Source: Iphione sp. A-MEVVRFRX5
Taxonomy: Eukaryota
Assembly: GCA_976226885.1 (NCBI GenBank)
Contig: OZ320322.1
Location: 37,634,001 to 37,698,000, forward strand
DNA: 64,000 bases
Direction: 5' to 3'
Position 1 is the first letter of the stretch, and every line of letters starts with the position of its first letter. The notes beneath the pieces were generated by a model. That model saw only the letters and a list, made by a program, of their open reading frames with translations. It did no database searches and was not told the origin of the DNA. The translations under genes were made by a program, and so were the position numbers. Shown here piece by piece: positions 40,666 through 52,371 of the stretch.

Positions 40666-41635
40666 GCCAGCGGCTATCTCTCCTTCAGCGAGTACGATAC
40701 GCGCTGCCTGTATAAAATCATGTCCCCATCCTGCGTTCTCAGCGCACACGTGACAGGCGAGGCCAGGCTGGGCGGCGAGAGGAATCATCAGACTTTCATG
40801 TGAACCGTGATAAATTCACGTTATGCATTGGTTCGCGCTGATGCCGTTTAGTATGCAATCTCCGCCGTGTCACGGACGCAAATGAGAGCGAAATAATCGG
40901 TAATTTGTCAAGAAGCCAATTAAACCAAATGAAAGCGTGTCACATTTGTCAGACCTGTATTGGAGCGGTATCTTATCTGTATATTCCTGGTACTTTCTCC
41001 CTCGGCGAACTACAAGGAGGAGTAAAGGAATACTGGTTTCTCGACCCTCACAGCTAACAGGGGGCCGGTTTTTAAAAGCCCTGTGCTGATGGTGGGGCAT
41101 GAGAACCCTTAGTAAACCTCTCATCCTTACAGGTCTGGTTCACGTCGAGTACGGCTGGAAAGGTCGGAGGCAGGTATACCAGGACATGAATGATATATAC
41201 CTTTAGGGATCCGGAGTGGTCCTATATGGACAGTATATGAGTAGCTTTATATCTCTAAGAGTGACATAATGCTTAAATCTGATGCATCTATGTGTGTGTT
41301 CAGTGTCATTTTGAAGTACTACGTCTTTGGTATCTTGTTTGAGCAGATCGAAACAGAACACATTAAATTTTTTTTTTTTTTAAGCAGGTATTTCACCTGG
41401 CGTTTATTGACGTCAGGACATTGCTACATCGAGATTGGCATTCAAACAAATATGCTATGTACAAGATGTTATATACAATATATACAATCTATATACAGTC
41501 TATTTACATTATATACAATATTTACATATGTACATAGTGATGACAATAAATGATGATTTGGACAAATTATGCAGAGCATATGTATAGATACATATTGGAC
41601 TTGTTTCTTTTTCAGGGTTGATACAGATGATGTTC

Positions 41636-44470
41636 TTAATGTACTGTCAAGTTCTCCTTCGAGATCTTGCTCATTAGGTGTTTCTTCAGAGATTGTTTAA
41701 ATTGTCGTTTTGTTGAATTTACTTTTAGGTCTTTTGGCAGTTTATTCCACTCTAGTATTGTTTGATATTTTGGGCAGTTGGTGTACAACACTGTGTTTGG
41801 CTTTTTGGTAGTTAATAATGTATGTCTTAGTCTATTATGTTCTCTTTGGTTATTATAAGATGTCTGTAGCCAATGATGTTGTAACATTAGTGAGTAATAA
41901 ATGCTCCGATACCTAAATGGCATGATATTGTTTTTCACCATAAATTCCTTCAATTTCTGGCCAGAACATCCGCTAATCATTTTGGTTGCCCTAAGTAGTT
42001 GGTTTTCTAGCTTTATATAAAGACGAGTATTAAAGCATTTAATACAGCTAATGCCATATTCCAAATTTGGAATGAAGATTGATTTTAATACCATTAAGCT
42101 CGTCTTTTGATCTCTCAGATTTACAATATGCCTCAGCAGGTGTATGAGTTTATACGACTTTTTAAGCTTATGTTCTAGTTCCAATGACATATTCAATCTT
42201 GAGTCTAATAGAAAGCCCAAATACTTATAGCTTGTGACCTGTTGTAGTTCAAATGTTCCAATCTTGATGGTCATGGATTTGTCTTTATATTTACTTCTTG
42301 GACCTGTGAAAAGCATAGTCTCCGTTTTGCTGTAATTAATACTAATGCCATTTGCTGCACACCAGGAGTTGAGCCTATTGATATTATCATTTAATCCAGC
42401 GGTCACTTCTGACAAAGTTTTACCACTATGTAGGATAACAGTATCGTCGGCGTACATTACTGTACAGCAGTTCTGTAGGACTGACAGACAGTTATTTATA
42501 AATAGAATAAACAACATCGGCCCGATGGTGCTGCCTTGTGGTACCCCTATTCGTAGCGGTGACTGTTCTGAGCAGACATTGTTAACCTTGGTAATGATGT
42601 GTCTATTGGACAGGTAGTTGCTATACCACGCTGTTGCTGGACCGAAGCCCATTTTCTTAAGTTTTTTCAATAAGATACAATGCTGTAGTGAGTCAAACGC
42701 TTTCTTGTAGTCAACAAAGACTGCCCCTACTATTTTACCATTATCCAGTTCTTCATGAATGTAATTCAGTACCTTGTCTAAGGCTTGCATTGTTGATTTG
42801 CCTGTTCGAAAGCCGAACTGATTTTCTGAAATTAGGTTGTTATCTTCTATGTATGACATCGTTTGGTTGAATATTAATTTTTCTATTATCTTACATGGAA
42901 TTGGGAGTATACTTATGGGGCGGTAGGAGTTTGGGTCTGATCTTGAGCCTTTGCCTTTGTATAGTGGGGTGATCGTTGCTATCTTCCATGTTGCTGGTAC
43001 TACATTAGTTTTGATCGAGCAGTTTAGTATATGAGTGAATTCTGTTATCTGACTGGTGATTGCCGAGAGAAATATCTTGGAGGAGCAGTAACGTAGACCA
43101 CTGGGCTTGTTTTTATCCAGGCTTTTGATTACCTTTAAGACCTCGGACTCATTGACTGATCGCAGGGAGAGTTCATTTACCACTCGTTTTATTCCCATCT
43201 CAATTAGATTACTGTCAATGTCATAACTAGAGTTTCCTATTGTTGCAAAGTGATGATTCAGCTTATTTGCAACATCGAGCGTATTCAATTGAGACCCACT
43301 TTCCTTTATTACAATATGGTTGTTACTTTTCTCTTTTCCAAGGTGAGAATTAAGGATACCCCAGTATCTTCTTGCGTCTGATTTGTTTTGATTCAACTGA
43401 TTTCTGATATAGTCTGATTTTTCACGTTGTATTACTCTGGCTACGTGATTTTTCATATCAATGGCTCTCTTATATATAATATGGTTTTTTAATCTGATAC
43501 CTAGTGCAAATAGCTTATTTTTTTCCAGAATCAATTTTCGTGTACCATCAGACAGCCATAGTCTATTCTCTGTAAAGGATCTTGTGCTCTTCATAGGGGA
43601 CACTTTGTTTACTTCGGTCTCTATTGTGTTTGACAACATAGTCCAGAGATAGTCGGGCTCAGAGTTTTTATGAAATTTTGACCAGTCAGTGTATTTGAGT
43701 GTATTATGTAGGGTGATATCATGAGTCCTATTCCAAGGTCTGTATTGTTTGTAATTTTTTGGCGGGGTATTTCTTGTTTCTTTAATTCTGATTTTGATCC
43801 CATGATGGTCACTTATGTTCGCATGTAGAATTTGTGAGTATGATTCTAGATCTTTGTTAATGAACACTAGATCTAGACAGCTACTACTTCTGAGACTTAC
43901 ACGTGTTGGGGATCTGATAATTTGTTTCAGGCCGAAGTTATTACCAATGTGCAGGAGGTCCTCATATATCGCATTTTTCTCTTTGAGTGCGTCTATGTTG
44001 AAATCACCTATAACTATGATATGGGAGGAGTTGTTGGCTATGTTTTCCAGATGGGTGTCAAGGATATGTATGAAATCCCTAGGTGATCCTTTTGGGGGGC
44101 GGTATAATAGACCTACATTGAAAGTTTGCTTTGAGTTAGTGGTAATATTCACCCAGAATATTTCAGCGTTGTTATTGCACGTTGATAGATTTGAATTAAT
44201 GAAAATGTCGAAATGTAGATTATCTTTTATAAATAAGAGTATTCCTCCTCCGATACCATATGTTCTGTCTTGACGTAACAACTGATAGCCTTGGATTTTA
44301 ACACAGGGGTCAGGAATATTATTTGTGAGCCAGGTTTCGGTTATTCCTACTATATCTGGCTTGTGCTTTTGAAATATCACTTCAAGTTCTGCAATCTTGT
44401 TTCTAATACTTCGAGTATTAAAATGGAGAACTGTCAGATATTCTCGATTTGATTCATTAGATCTAGTCAT
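41636..44470 (-). CDS. LINE ORF2: AP endonuclease + reverse transcriptase (944 aa, uninterrupted)
   Basis: APE motifs GITETW, GDFN, DLVF, SDH; RT motifs YRPISIL, QFGFR, DYKKAFDS, GVPQGSTIGPMLF, YADD, KYLG; C-terminal WNKLP. Confidence 0.96.
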   Translation of the reverse strand: MTRSNESNREYLTVLHFNTRSIRNKIAELEVIFQKHKPDIVGITETWLTNNIPDPCVKIQGYQLLRQDRTYGIGGGILLFIKDNLHFDIFINSNLSTCNNNAEIFWVNITTNSKQTFNVGLLYRPPKGSPRDFIHILDTHLENIANNSSHIIVIGDFNIDALKEKNAIYEDLLHIGNNFGLKQIIRSPTRVSLRSSSCLDLVFINKDLESYSQILHANISDHHGIKIRIKETRNTPPKNYKQYRPWNRTHDITLHNTLKYTDWSKFHKNSEPDYLWTMLSNTIETEVNKVSPMKSTRSFTENRLWLSDGTRKLILEKNKLFALGIRLKNHIIYKRAIDMKNHVARVIQREKSDYIRNQLNQNKSDARRYWGILNSHLGKEKSNNHIVIKESGSQLNTLDVANKLNHHFATIGNSSYDIDSNLIEMGIKRVVNELSLRSVNESEVLKVIKSLDKNKPSGLRYCSSKIFLSAITSQITEFTHILNCSIKTNVVPATWKIATITPLYKGKGSRSDPNSYRPISILPIPCKIIEKLIFNQTMSYIEDNNLISENQFGFRTGKSTMQALDKVLNYIHEELDNGKIVGAVFVDYKKAFDSLQHCILLKKLKKMGFGPATAWYSNYLSNRHIITKVNNVCSEQSPLRIGVPQGSTIGPMLFILFINNCLSVLQNCCTVMYADDTVILHSGKTLSEVTAGLNDNINRLNSWCAANGISINYSKTETMLFTGPRSKYKDKSMTIKIGTFELQQVTSYKYLGFLLDSRLNMSLELEHKLKKSYKLIHLLRHIVNLRDQKTSLMVLKSIFIPNLEYGISCIKCFNTRLYIKLENQLLRATKMISGCSGQKLKEFMVKNNIMPFRYRSIYYSLMLQHHWLQTSYNNQREHNRLRHTLLTTKKPNTVLYTNCPKYQTILEWNKLPKDLKVNSTKRQFKQSLKKHLMSKISKENLTVH

Positions 44471-44821
44471 GAGAATGGAGTGAGTATGGATATTTTTGAG
44501 AAAATTAGGGAAGAGAAATATTTTCCTTGCCCGACCTTCACTCTATCAATATGAGCCTGTCGGTCGGCCGAGGGAGCATGCATGTCATAAAACTGTTTGA
44601 CGCCAGGTCTCTGCTTCGAGGCCTGTGGCAGAATAATAAGAATATTTTACACAATTTATTATACGGTTGGTACAGGTATATGGATTGTAGATAGTACAGC
44701 TTACTGAATGAAATTGATACAAGATTGAAATTGAAATAAGTCTGAGGGTAAGCGAGCATATAACATATATACAGTTTACATAGGTCTCCTGATTCGAGGC
44801 CAGGTTTGGTAGATAAACATA

Positions 44822-45196
44822 CTACTCGCGCAGTTTGACAAGGAACTTGATAATCTTAGAAACCATTTCTTGATGCCCATGGTGGTTCAGGTGACAGCCA
44901 TCTGATAGTAGTTGGTGCTTGTTCGTATCACGACCGTTTGACCTTCCGTGGATCACGCTGCCCACGTGGGGTGTCTTGAGGCCATGGGATCTATTGAAGG
45001 CACGTATCCCGTTGTTGATTTCGTGCATAGCCTCGTTCAACCCTCGTTGGACTGCATTGCCCGTCTTTCCTGAAATATATTCTCCTCGCAAGTATCGATT
45101 GTAGTTTTGGATATCAGGGCAGAAAAATTCCGATATAATAACAAAGGAATGTGGCAAATGTTTCTTGATTCTGTTATAACTGGTCTCAATTAACAA
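44822..45196 (-). CDS. LINE ORF1 C-terminal fragment, SGNH/esterase-like
   Basis: ...VIISEF...LNEAMHEINNGIRAFN...LLSDGCHLNHHGHQEM contains a DGxHL block-V-like motif. The frame closes at TAA 45223-45221 with no ATG, so it is probably truncated. Confidence 0.65.
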   Translation of the reverse strand: MLIETSYNRIKKHLPHSFVIISEFFCPDIQNYNRYLRGEYISGKTGNAVQRGLNEAMHEINNGIRAFNRSHGLKTPHVGSVIHGRSNGRDTNKHQLLSDGCHLNHHGHQEMVSKIIKFLVKLRE

Positions 45197-46021
45197 AGAC
45201 AGTCGCAGTGGACTCAGGCGTTAAGGTCAATTATTCGAGCAGCATCGGATGTTCCATGGAGTGGAGTCATTGATGTTTATTCATCCCTTGTCTTGAGGGA
45301 CAAACTGTCAGTAGTTGGGTCATGAGGCCCATCTCCGGGCTGCCTCAACCAGTGTATCATTTTGTCAAAGCAAACTAATGTACTGAAGGTTGGTGGAGAG
45401 AGAGAGGGACAGAGCGAAAAAAATAGATGAACAGAGACACAAGTAGGAGGGACCTCGAGTTATTTCTCTCTGCCATCAAATTTGTTTCCGCCTCGCGCCT
45501 CTGTAGCGGTGGTTCATTTTGTAGATAAACATCACATTTCACTGTCCGGCGCCGCGGATGTGTCGGGCCCCAGGAGGGTTGGAGCCAGTCGGGCGGGAGC
45601 TGGGGTAGCCCGGGCCCGACCGCCGCCACCCTAGCTTCGACTTCCCCGCCCCCCTCCCCGACCGACCGATCAAGCGCGCCCGCCGGCCCGGGCCGTCACC
45701 CCGGAAGAGTCACCCACCCCCCACTCTTTGCTCAGACACCCGGTCTTTCCTTCAGCATGTCTCTGATAGAGAATTCCCACACGCTGAAGAAATCTAGAAG
45801 TTCGTTTAGTTATTATCCCCCGACAGATGTAAGCTCAGACTGGGATGTCCCAAGCGGGACGGGTATTTTGAAAGTAATTTACCCTTGCAATTAAGGGAGG
45901 GATAAAGAAGGCTGGTTCGTCCCTTTTGAGGGCTGTCTGTATCACACAACTTCTTTCACTATCATGTGGAAAGAAATACTGTCTGTCTATCCTTCTACCT
46001 ATCATTCTCCTTACCCCCCCT

Positions 46022-46027
<6 letters not shown>

Positions 46028-46083
<56 letters not shown>
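46028..46083. repeat. (CT)28 microsatellite
   Basis: Perfect dinucleotide run. Confidence 0.98.
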
Positions 46084-46085
<2 letters not shown>

Positions 46086-46680
46086 GTCGTCCTGTCCGTG
46101 GATGACCTACTCTCTGCAGTCTGAAATATTGGGTTGGCTGGCCACATTTTTAACCTAAAAGCTTACGTACACAAGCAATCAATATTAGCCAAACGGGCGC
46201 CGCTGCCTCCACTGCCGCGGCCTGACTATAGGGCTTATAAATGAGCAGGGGGACGGAGCGGGGCACTGGGAGAAACGGTGGAGTTAGTAGTGGTAGGGTT
46301 AGGGCAACTGGTGTGGTGACAGTTCGTGAAGGACTTGTTCTATGTCGGGACGTCTACAATCGTTTTGTGGCTGTGTGGATGTGCGTATGTGCATAAGTGG
46401 TAGATGGGCGTACTAGCGTATAATAGCGTATAATATGATATATGTGTGTGAATATAAACACAAAAAATCCATGCAAACGTACTCTTAGACCCAGTTTCCA
46501 TACCTACATTGGTGTCCACGTGTTTTTGGTGTGTTTTGTTTGCATTTTTATTGTACCAGTGATATGTATTAAAGAGTGTCAGTTGAGTGCTTGTGCGTTA
46601 AGGTGTGTTTGGGTGTCCGTTGTTTATTAATGAACATTTTAGATAATTTAACACACACACATACACCATACGCACAGTAG

Positions 46681-47012
46681 GGCCAAAAAAATAGGTGTGT
46701 TTCTGGTAACCCCCCCCCCTACCAAGTAAAACCTCACCCTACCTAAAAAAAATTTTGGCCCCGAAGAGTTTCCAAGGCTGAATTTACTTAGATATGTATT
46801 TTCACAGCACATGCTTTTTGTAAATTCAGTAGAAAAGTAATAAAATCCATGGAAATTCAGTAAAAACTGCTAATTGGTCAAAATTCTTCATATTATCTTT
46901 ATTATTATTGAAAACCAGAGGAAGAAAGTGGAAAGAAAATTAAAAAAAATACCCCCTCCCTACCTAGGTTTTTGGGTGGTTGTTACAAGAAACACACCTA
47001 TTATTTTTGGCC
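46681..47012. mobile_element. MITE (332 bp), PIF/Harbinger-like
   Basis: TIRs GGCCAAAAA-AATAGGTGTGTTTCTGGTAAC (46681-46710) and reverse complement of 46982-47012 GGCCAAAAATAATAGGTGTGTTTCTTGTAAC (1 indel, 1 mismatch). 3-bp direct flanks TAG at 46678-46680 and 47013-47015. No ORF. Confidence 0.85.
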
Positions 47013-47230
47013 TAGTATACCACAGATATTTTTCGAATTAGGTGAAAGGAGGTATATTTCCTCATTTCCACTCACTTATTAGCATCATTTATGCACATCT
47101 ACACACAGTTATGCTCAAAGTCGTCCTTTTCTGAACTTTTTCCAGTCATTTTCACTGTTAAATGCACCTCAAAAGACAACACCCCTCTCAATTGAGACTG
47201 CATGAAGGAAAAATGCAAGGAAACAGACAC

Positions 47231-47305
47231 CAATGCACACTGATAGCAAATGCAGGGCACCCACCTCAACGCAGGTATGGAAACAGGCTCTGACACATTC
47301 ACATA
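47231..47305 (+). repeat. Dispersed repeat copy A (similar to 50898-50974)
   Basis: Shared core TCAACGCAGGTATGGAA, plus flanking AATGCACA and ACACATTCAC; same orientation in both copies. Confidence 0.6.
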
Positions 47306-50300
47306 CTCGTACCTGTACAACTGAATGGGTGATGGAGTTGTGTTCATGTGTTTAATGGTCGGGGAAGTGTGCTTATTTGAGAACGTGCCTGGGAATAGCT
47401 CTTAGGCTATTGATTACACGTAGTATGCATGCGTGTCGTTGTACCGGAGATAGTAGATGTAATAACGGCGATATGTGAAATACACCTGTTGCCGTATGTG
47501 TAAGTGAGTGTGTGCATCTGAAAATTTCATCTCTAATGCAATGGTGAATAAAGGTCAGAGTGCCGATAAGTTATTATCCCACCCTAAAAGCCACGAAATG
47601 CACACGAATGGTCCGCCATACCTGTGTAAACACCCAAACGTACATGCACAGATATATATATATACACATACATATATGTATACACGTATACATACATGTA
47701 TACGTACACTGAGTGAGAAGTGGTCTGTTGAACCAACCGAAGACTAACAGACGATCGATTGTGTTCCTTTATCACAACCTCCTTACAGCTGTCGCTTAGG
47801 CCCCAAGAAGAGATTTTAAAAAGCAGCAAGAAAGCCACCCACAAAATAGACCCGTTGTGGGGAGTTGAATTGAGTTGAACATAACGCTGGACGTGCGCCA
47901 GGAGTGCAGATCAATCGATCTGTATGGGACTCGGGGCGACCCCTGTCAATGTTTGATTTGCATCGATCGGCATGATTAGTCCCCTTAAAAAGTTACGGTT
48001 GGCATGCAACTGTGTACACATAGTGCAGCGCTGCTGCTGCTGCTGCTGCTGCTGCTTCTGCAACAGGTACCGTATATGAATAGGCTAGTGCAGACGAAAA
48101 CCATTTGGAGAAGTTAAGTTTAGCAGCTAAATGAGCACGTCCCACCGTGCACGTACGCATTCTAATTGGCCAGAACGTCGGTTACAGCGTTTAAAGATAA
48201 CAACTGTGTAATGGTCAGTAAGTGTTGTAACGATGGTTTGTCGCGCTCGGCAAATGCAGCTCTAGCGGCCCATAATAGCGGTGTTTTAGCCGACTATTTC
48301 CCTCCTGACCCTTCTGTCTTTTCCCCCTAGCGGTCACAGCCATGATTAATCGAGGCCGTGTGAAAGGTCGGCAGTCGAGCCAAGGGACATGCGGCAGCCA
48401 TGGGGATGAGGTGGGAGGGCGGCTAGACAGGGATGGGAGGGTGGTAACGTGAGGCAAGGGGCCGGCTGGATCCATCTTGGTAAGTTGCTGTGTGGTTGAG
48501 TAGGGGGCGGACGGGTGGGAGGACGTGAAACTGCGACAGTCAGCCTGAAGCCGACATAGATCATAACCGTCAGCCGGGAAAGACGCATCAGACCCCAGTT
48601 AGACGGTATGTGTACCCCACCCACCAATATTCATCCAGAAACCCACCCCCTACCTCCCACGCCCCACCCCCTGCCCTCTCCTCTCTTTTGATGTTATTTA
48701 ATCAAGGGGCAATAGGTCGGGCCTTGATTCGTCTAGATGATTACTATAGAGAGTGGCTCGCAGTCGCTCACAGGTCATCATCATGTGCTGCTCGTCCTGA
48801 CAGATCTGCCCACGGCCCACAGAAAAAAAAACAGGGTCCGGGGAAATGAGCGGTCAAATTACAGATAACTCCGACCGACGCCTGTGGCACTGGGCTCAGA
48901 TCCTCCTGTGCTTGGCTACTCCGACCCAGCTGGCCCAGCTTCTTCCGTTTACAGGAAGCATGCAGTACAAAAGAAGAACGAAGAGGAAAAAAAGGGGGCA
49001 ACCAGGGCTGTCCCAGCAGGGGGAGCTGTTATAGCCTCACAGCGCCACATAATAAAACTGCTTCGGAAATAACCAGCATCGAATTATACAAGTGCAGTGC
49101 CTGGTGATAATAGCTGTCTTCGTCTGATACATTTCTCAGTGTGTAGCAACTGTCACAGTAAAAACACTCAAGAGTTACAGTCGTAGCGGTGTGTGATGAC
49201 AAAATTTAGGAGTAAGCGTTGTCAGTCGAGAGAGTATAAACCTAAAGGAGTATATGGTGTCATAGACGACAACAAAAACAATTGTGTATATGCGGCCGTG
49301 TTCATGATATTATTTTGCTAGAGGGCAGAATCTGTGAGTACGCGTGTACGTACACATGCAGCGTGATTGTGTGCTCGTGACCTAGGTTAGACTAGAACGG
49401 GAAATCAATACACGTGCGCGTACGTGCGTCTGCGATTCTAGTTGTGTGGCATCTCATTTTTAGACGGTGAAATCGATATTCGGGTCATGCGACTTGACAC
49501 GGGCTAGTGAATTCGATTACATGCCATTTAAAGACACATTTCATTTTGCGAACGTGATTTTCCCTTCGCAGTCGATCAAAATGATCTTTTCATGAACATG
49601 AACCGGGGGGGGGGGCTGGCTGGGGTTGAGGGTTGGGGGAGGGCCTGGGCCTGAGAGATGCGTGATTTTGATACACACCTTTTCATTCGTGATCAAAGAG
49701 TGATGTATGGGCCAGGTGATGGATGGGCTGCCAGGAGTAATGGTTGGTGGCCGCCATCGCTACATTAAAGACACGGTTTTCTGGTTAGAATGCCCTGCTC
49801 GCCTTGGAGTAGGCCTTTTACGAGATGAGTAGATGGCACAAGTGTACATCGGTCATAGTAACAAAGCTCAGCTCAGTAGCATTTGCCCTGAACTGGTACA
49901 CGTGAATATATCTACGGGTATATCTGTCTGGGAATAGAAGAAGAAAAAAAAGGAATAGCAACAAATTAGAAACGTTAGCATTCAGACAGCCAACAGGTCC
50001 GCAACGTAACGATTCGTTTTTGCTTGGTTACGTCGGTCGCGCTGGACTCTACGTTGCTGTCTGCATAAACCTATGGATGTACGCGTTACGATCCATGCCA
50101 GGCGTTCGTCAAGGACAACGCTTATTCCGAAAGGTTCTTTAAGTGGCCACAGGATAAACGGTTAATGTTTGCAGCTGTAAATGCATTAACATCGGCAAAG
50201 GGTGGGCATGCGGCCAAAACCAATGCTCTGGGCTGTTTTCTGTGTGTCAAGCATGATTAATGGGGAGTTCACAAATCATACAAGGCAAAGCAGACCTGCT

Positions 50301-50711
50301 AATATAGCACAGGCCTCTTAAGCCGTAACTAATATACATGTAGTGTAGAGTAGATAGGGAGGTGAGGACAACACTGTGTATACAATCATAAACCGTGTGT
50401 GTGTACTGCAGATTGATACTTCCGGGAGTCGACCTGCTTAATTCTCTCATCAATAAAATCGACTGGTAGTTTCTGATGTTTTGATTGCACGATAGTTGCT
50501 TTACGAAACACCGGATGAATAAGACATGATAATATATATATATATATATATATAATTGAGAAACCTGCCTAAAACACAGCAATATTGTTTCAGTTAGGGG
50601 TGCCAAATGCGTCCGTGTCCGTTGGTGTCCATTGGTGTCCAGACCAGTAGGATAGACGATCTGCCCTTTGAACCAGGTGAAACCATGTTCCACATACTTT
50701 TTTACAGTGAC

Positions 50712-50809
50712 ATTTGCCAGTTTTTACACTTTTTCCAGTGGCATTCACCATATTAATACTATTTTCCATTGAAATTTGCCAGTTTTTACACTTTTTCCAG
50801 TGCCATTCA
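50712..50809 (+). repeat. 36-bp direct repeat, 2 copies (50712-50747 and 50774-50809)
   Basis: ATTTGCCAGTTTTTACACTTTTTCCAGTG(G/C)CATTCA twice, 1 mismatch. Confidence 0.85.
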
Positions 50810-50897
50810 TACTTTTTCACACAGCCTCAACGTAGCCTCAATAGACATCCCTATCCATGAGGCTGGGTGAGAGCAAAACACATGTAAAGCGCATACT

Positions 50898-50974
50898 AAT
50901 GCACATGGAGGCATAACGCAGCCTAACGCACTTCAACGCAGGTATGGAACCTAGCTGTTATACACATTCACGTA
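50898..50974 (+). repeat. Dispersed repeat copy B (similar to 47231-47305)
   Basis: TCAACGCAGGTATGGAA at 50933-50949, with flanking similarity to copy A. Confidence 0.6.
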
Positions 50975-51949
50975 TATACAGATAGATATGCACAGATACG
51001 AGAAGCACGTAGTACTTGTAGTGCCTGAAAGTTGCCTGTACATTTCGTTTGTGTGTAAAACATGCACATCTGTAATATATGCACCCTCTACGGTACAACC
51101 CTTGCCCCCCCCCCCCCGGCTCCATCCCCCCGACGCCTATGCCCTAGGGACCTCCCTGGTACAGTCACCAGGGGGAGGTGCGTCTGGTCGGCCAAACTGA
51201 AGCAGGGGGCGATGTATTTTTGATCTGCCGCCTATCAGCGCCAGGCGGCGGGACCATACACTATTCATGGGTCTGGTAAGGTAGGCGGTTCTAGCCCACC
51301 AGCCCCGCCACCCCACCCCGGCCCCCATGGCAGTATACACCGTCCTACTCAAATCTCATCCTCAGAATGCTGTCAGAAGAAAGATAGTACAGTTGAACTA
51401 AAGACGAAAATGTCCTTTGATCCCTTCCAAAACAAATAATGCAGTTTAAGCCTTCATTCAAAAACCAAGACTGATTTCGATCTTCACGGTCGAATATCCT
51501 TTCTCTTCCTCTTTGAACATTTATCAAAGTTCTACAGCCTTGCACATCCCAGCGAGCAGACTTTTTTGACAACTACAGATTCTAGAACTCTTATCCCTTG
51601 GATTTCGTCCATTTTTCAACCTTGCGGTTTGATTTCACAAAGCAGGCCCTTTGTGCTCCATTTCTACTCCGTCAAGGACATGATTATACACTTGCAATGA
51701 TAGTATTAAATATTCGCGCTAGAATATTCCCACACGCTCAAGCTTCATTTTACTTATGCCCCTTTTGCTCGCTTGCTATCTGCCCTTCCTTCTGTAACCC
51801 CTTACTTCTGATCGTGAATCATGAGTAGAAATTAAAAAAACAACAAGTTCACAGGTGGCGAATGTATTTCTACTTTTAGATGATCTCGGTTGGGGTGGAT
51901 GTCCATGTGCCTGTGTATAGGTGTGGGGCATGCATGTAAGAACGTGTAA

Positions 51950-52371
51950 GGCCAGGTTTCCTTACATGCAACGCTGTCCATGTGCATTTGTCTGCATTTT
52001 CAATATGATTTATGGATATGTCCCCACATGTCCGTCTTTTTTTAGAATTATTTTTCGCTGTTTTTGGCCTATTTTTGCGATTTTTGGACTTTTTTCCATG
52101 AAATAAGATTTTTTTTGTCAAATTTCCATGTAATTTGCCATTTCCATAAAATAAGCATTTGTTTTGCAGTTTCCATGAAAATTGCTGCTTTTGGTGTTTT
52201 TCATATCTTCCAGTCATTAAACGCACTGGTCTGCACTGGCCCTCAGTGGTTGTCAAAAGACACGTCTGTGTGTTGCAGTGCGGCAATAAAAAAATGCACC
52301 CTATGCACGGGAAATACATGCAGACCTTTCACGCAAACCCCGGACACCAACGCATGTAAGGAAACTGGGCC
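51950..52371. mobile_element. MITE (422 bp), PIF/Harbinger (Tourist)-like
   Basis: TIRs GGCCAGGTTTCCTTACATGC (51950-51969) and reverse complement of 52352-52371 GGCCCAGTTTCCTTACATGC (18/20). TSD TAA at 51947-51949 and 52372-52374. Confidence 0.85.

Larger units (their letters stand above)
41368..45200 (-). mobile_element. Non-LTR retrotransposon (LINE), CR1/L2 group, apparently 5'-truncated within ORF1
   Basis: A14 tail (T run 41368-41381), AATAAA at 41408-41403, about 250 bp 3' UTR, intact APE-RT ORF2, 350 bp spacer and a partial ORF1. The 5' boundary is approximate and no target-site duplication was found. Confidence 0.93.

Noticed and set aside
43815-44273. 152-aa plus-strand ORF and other short ORFs inside the LINE
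   Set aside because: Antisense shadow ORFs of ORF2.
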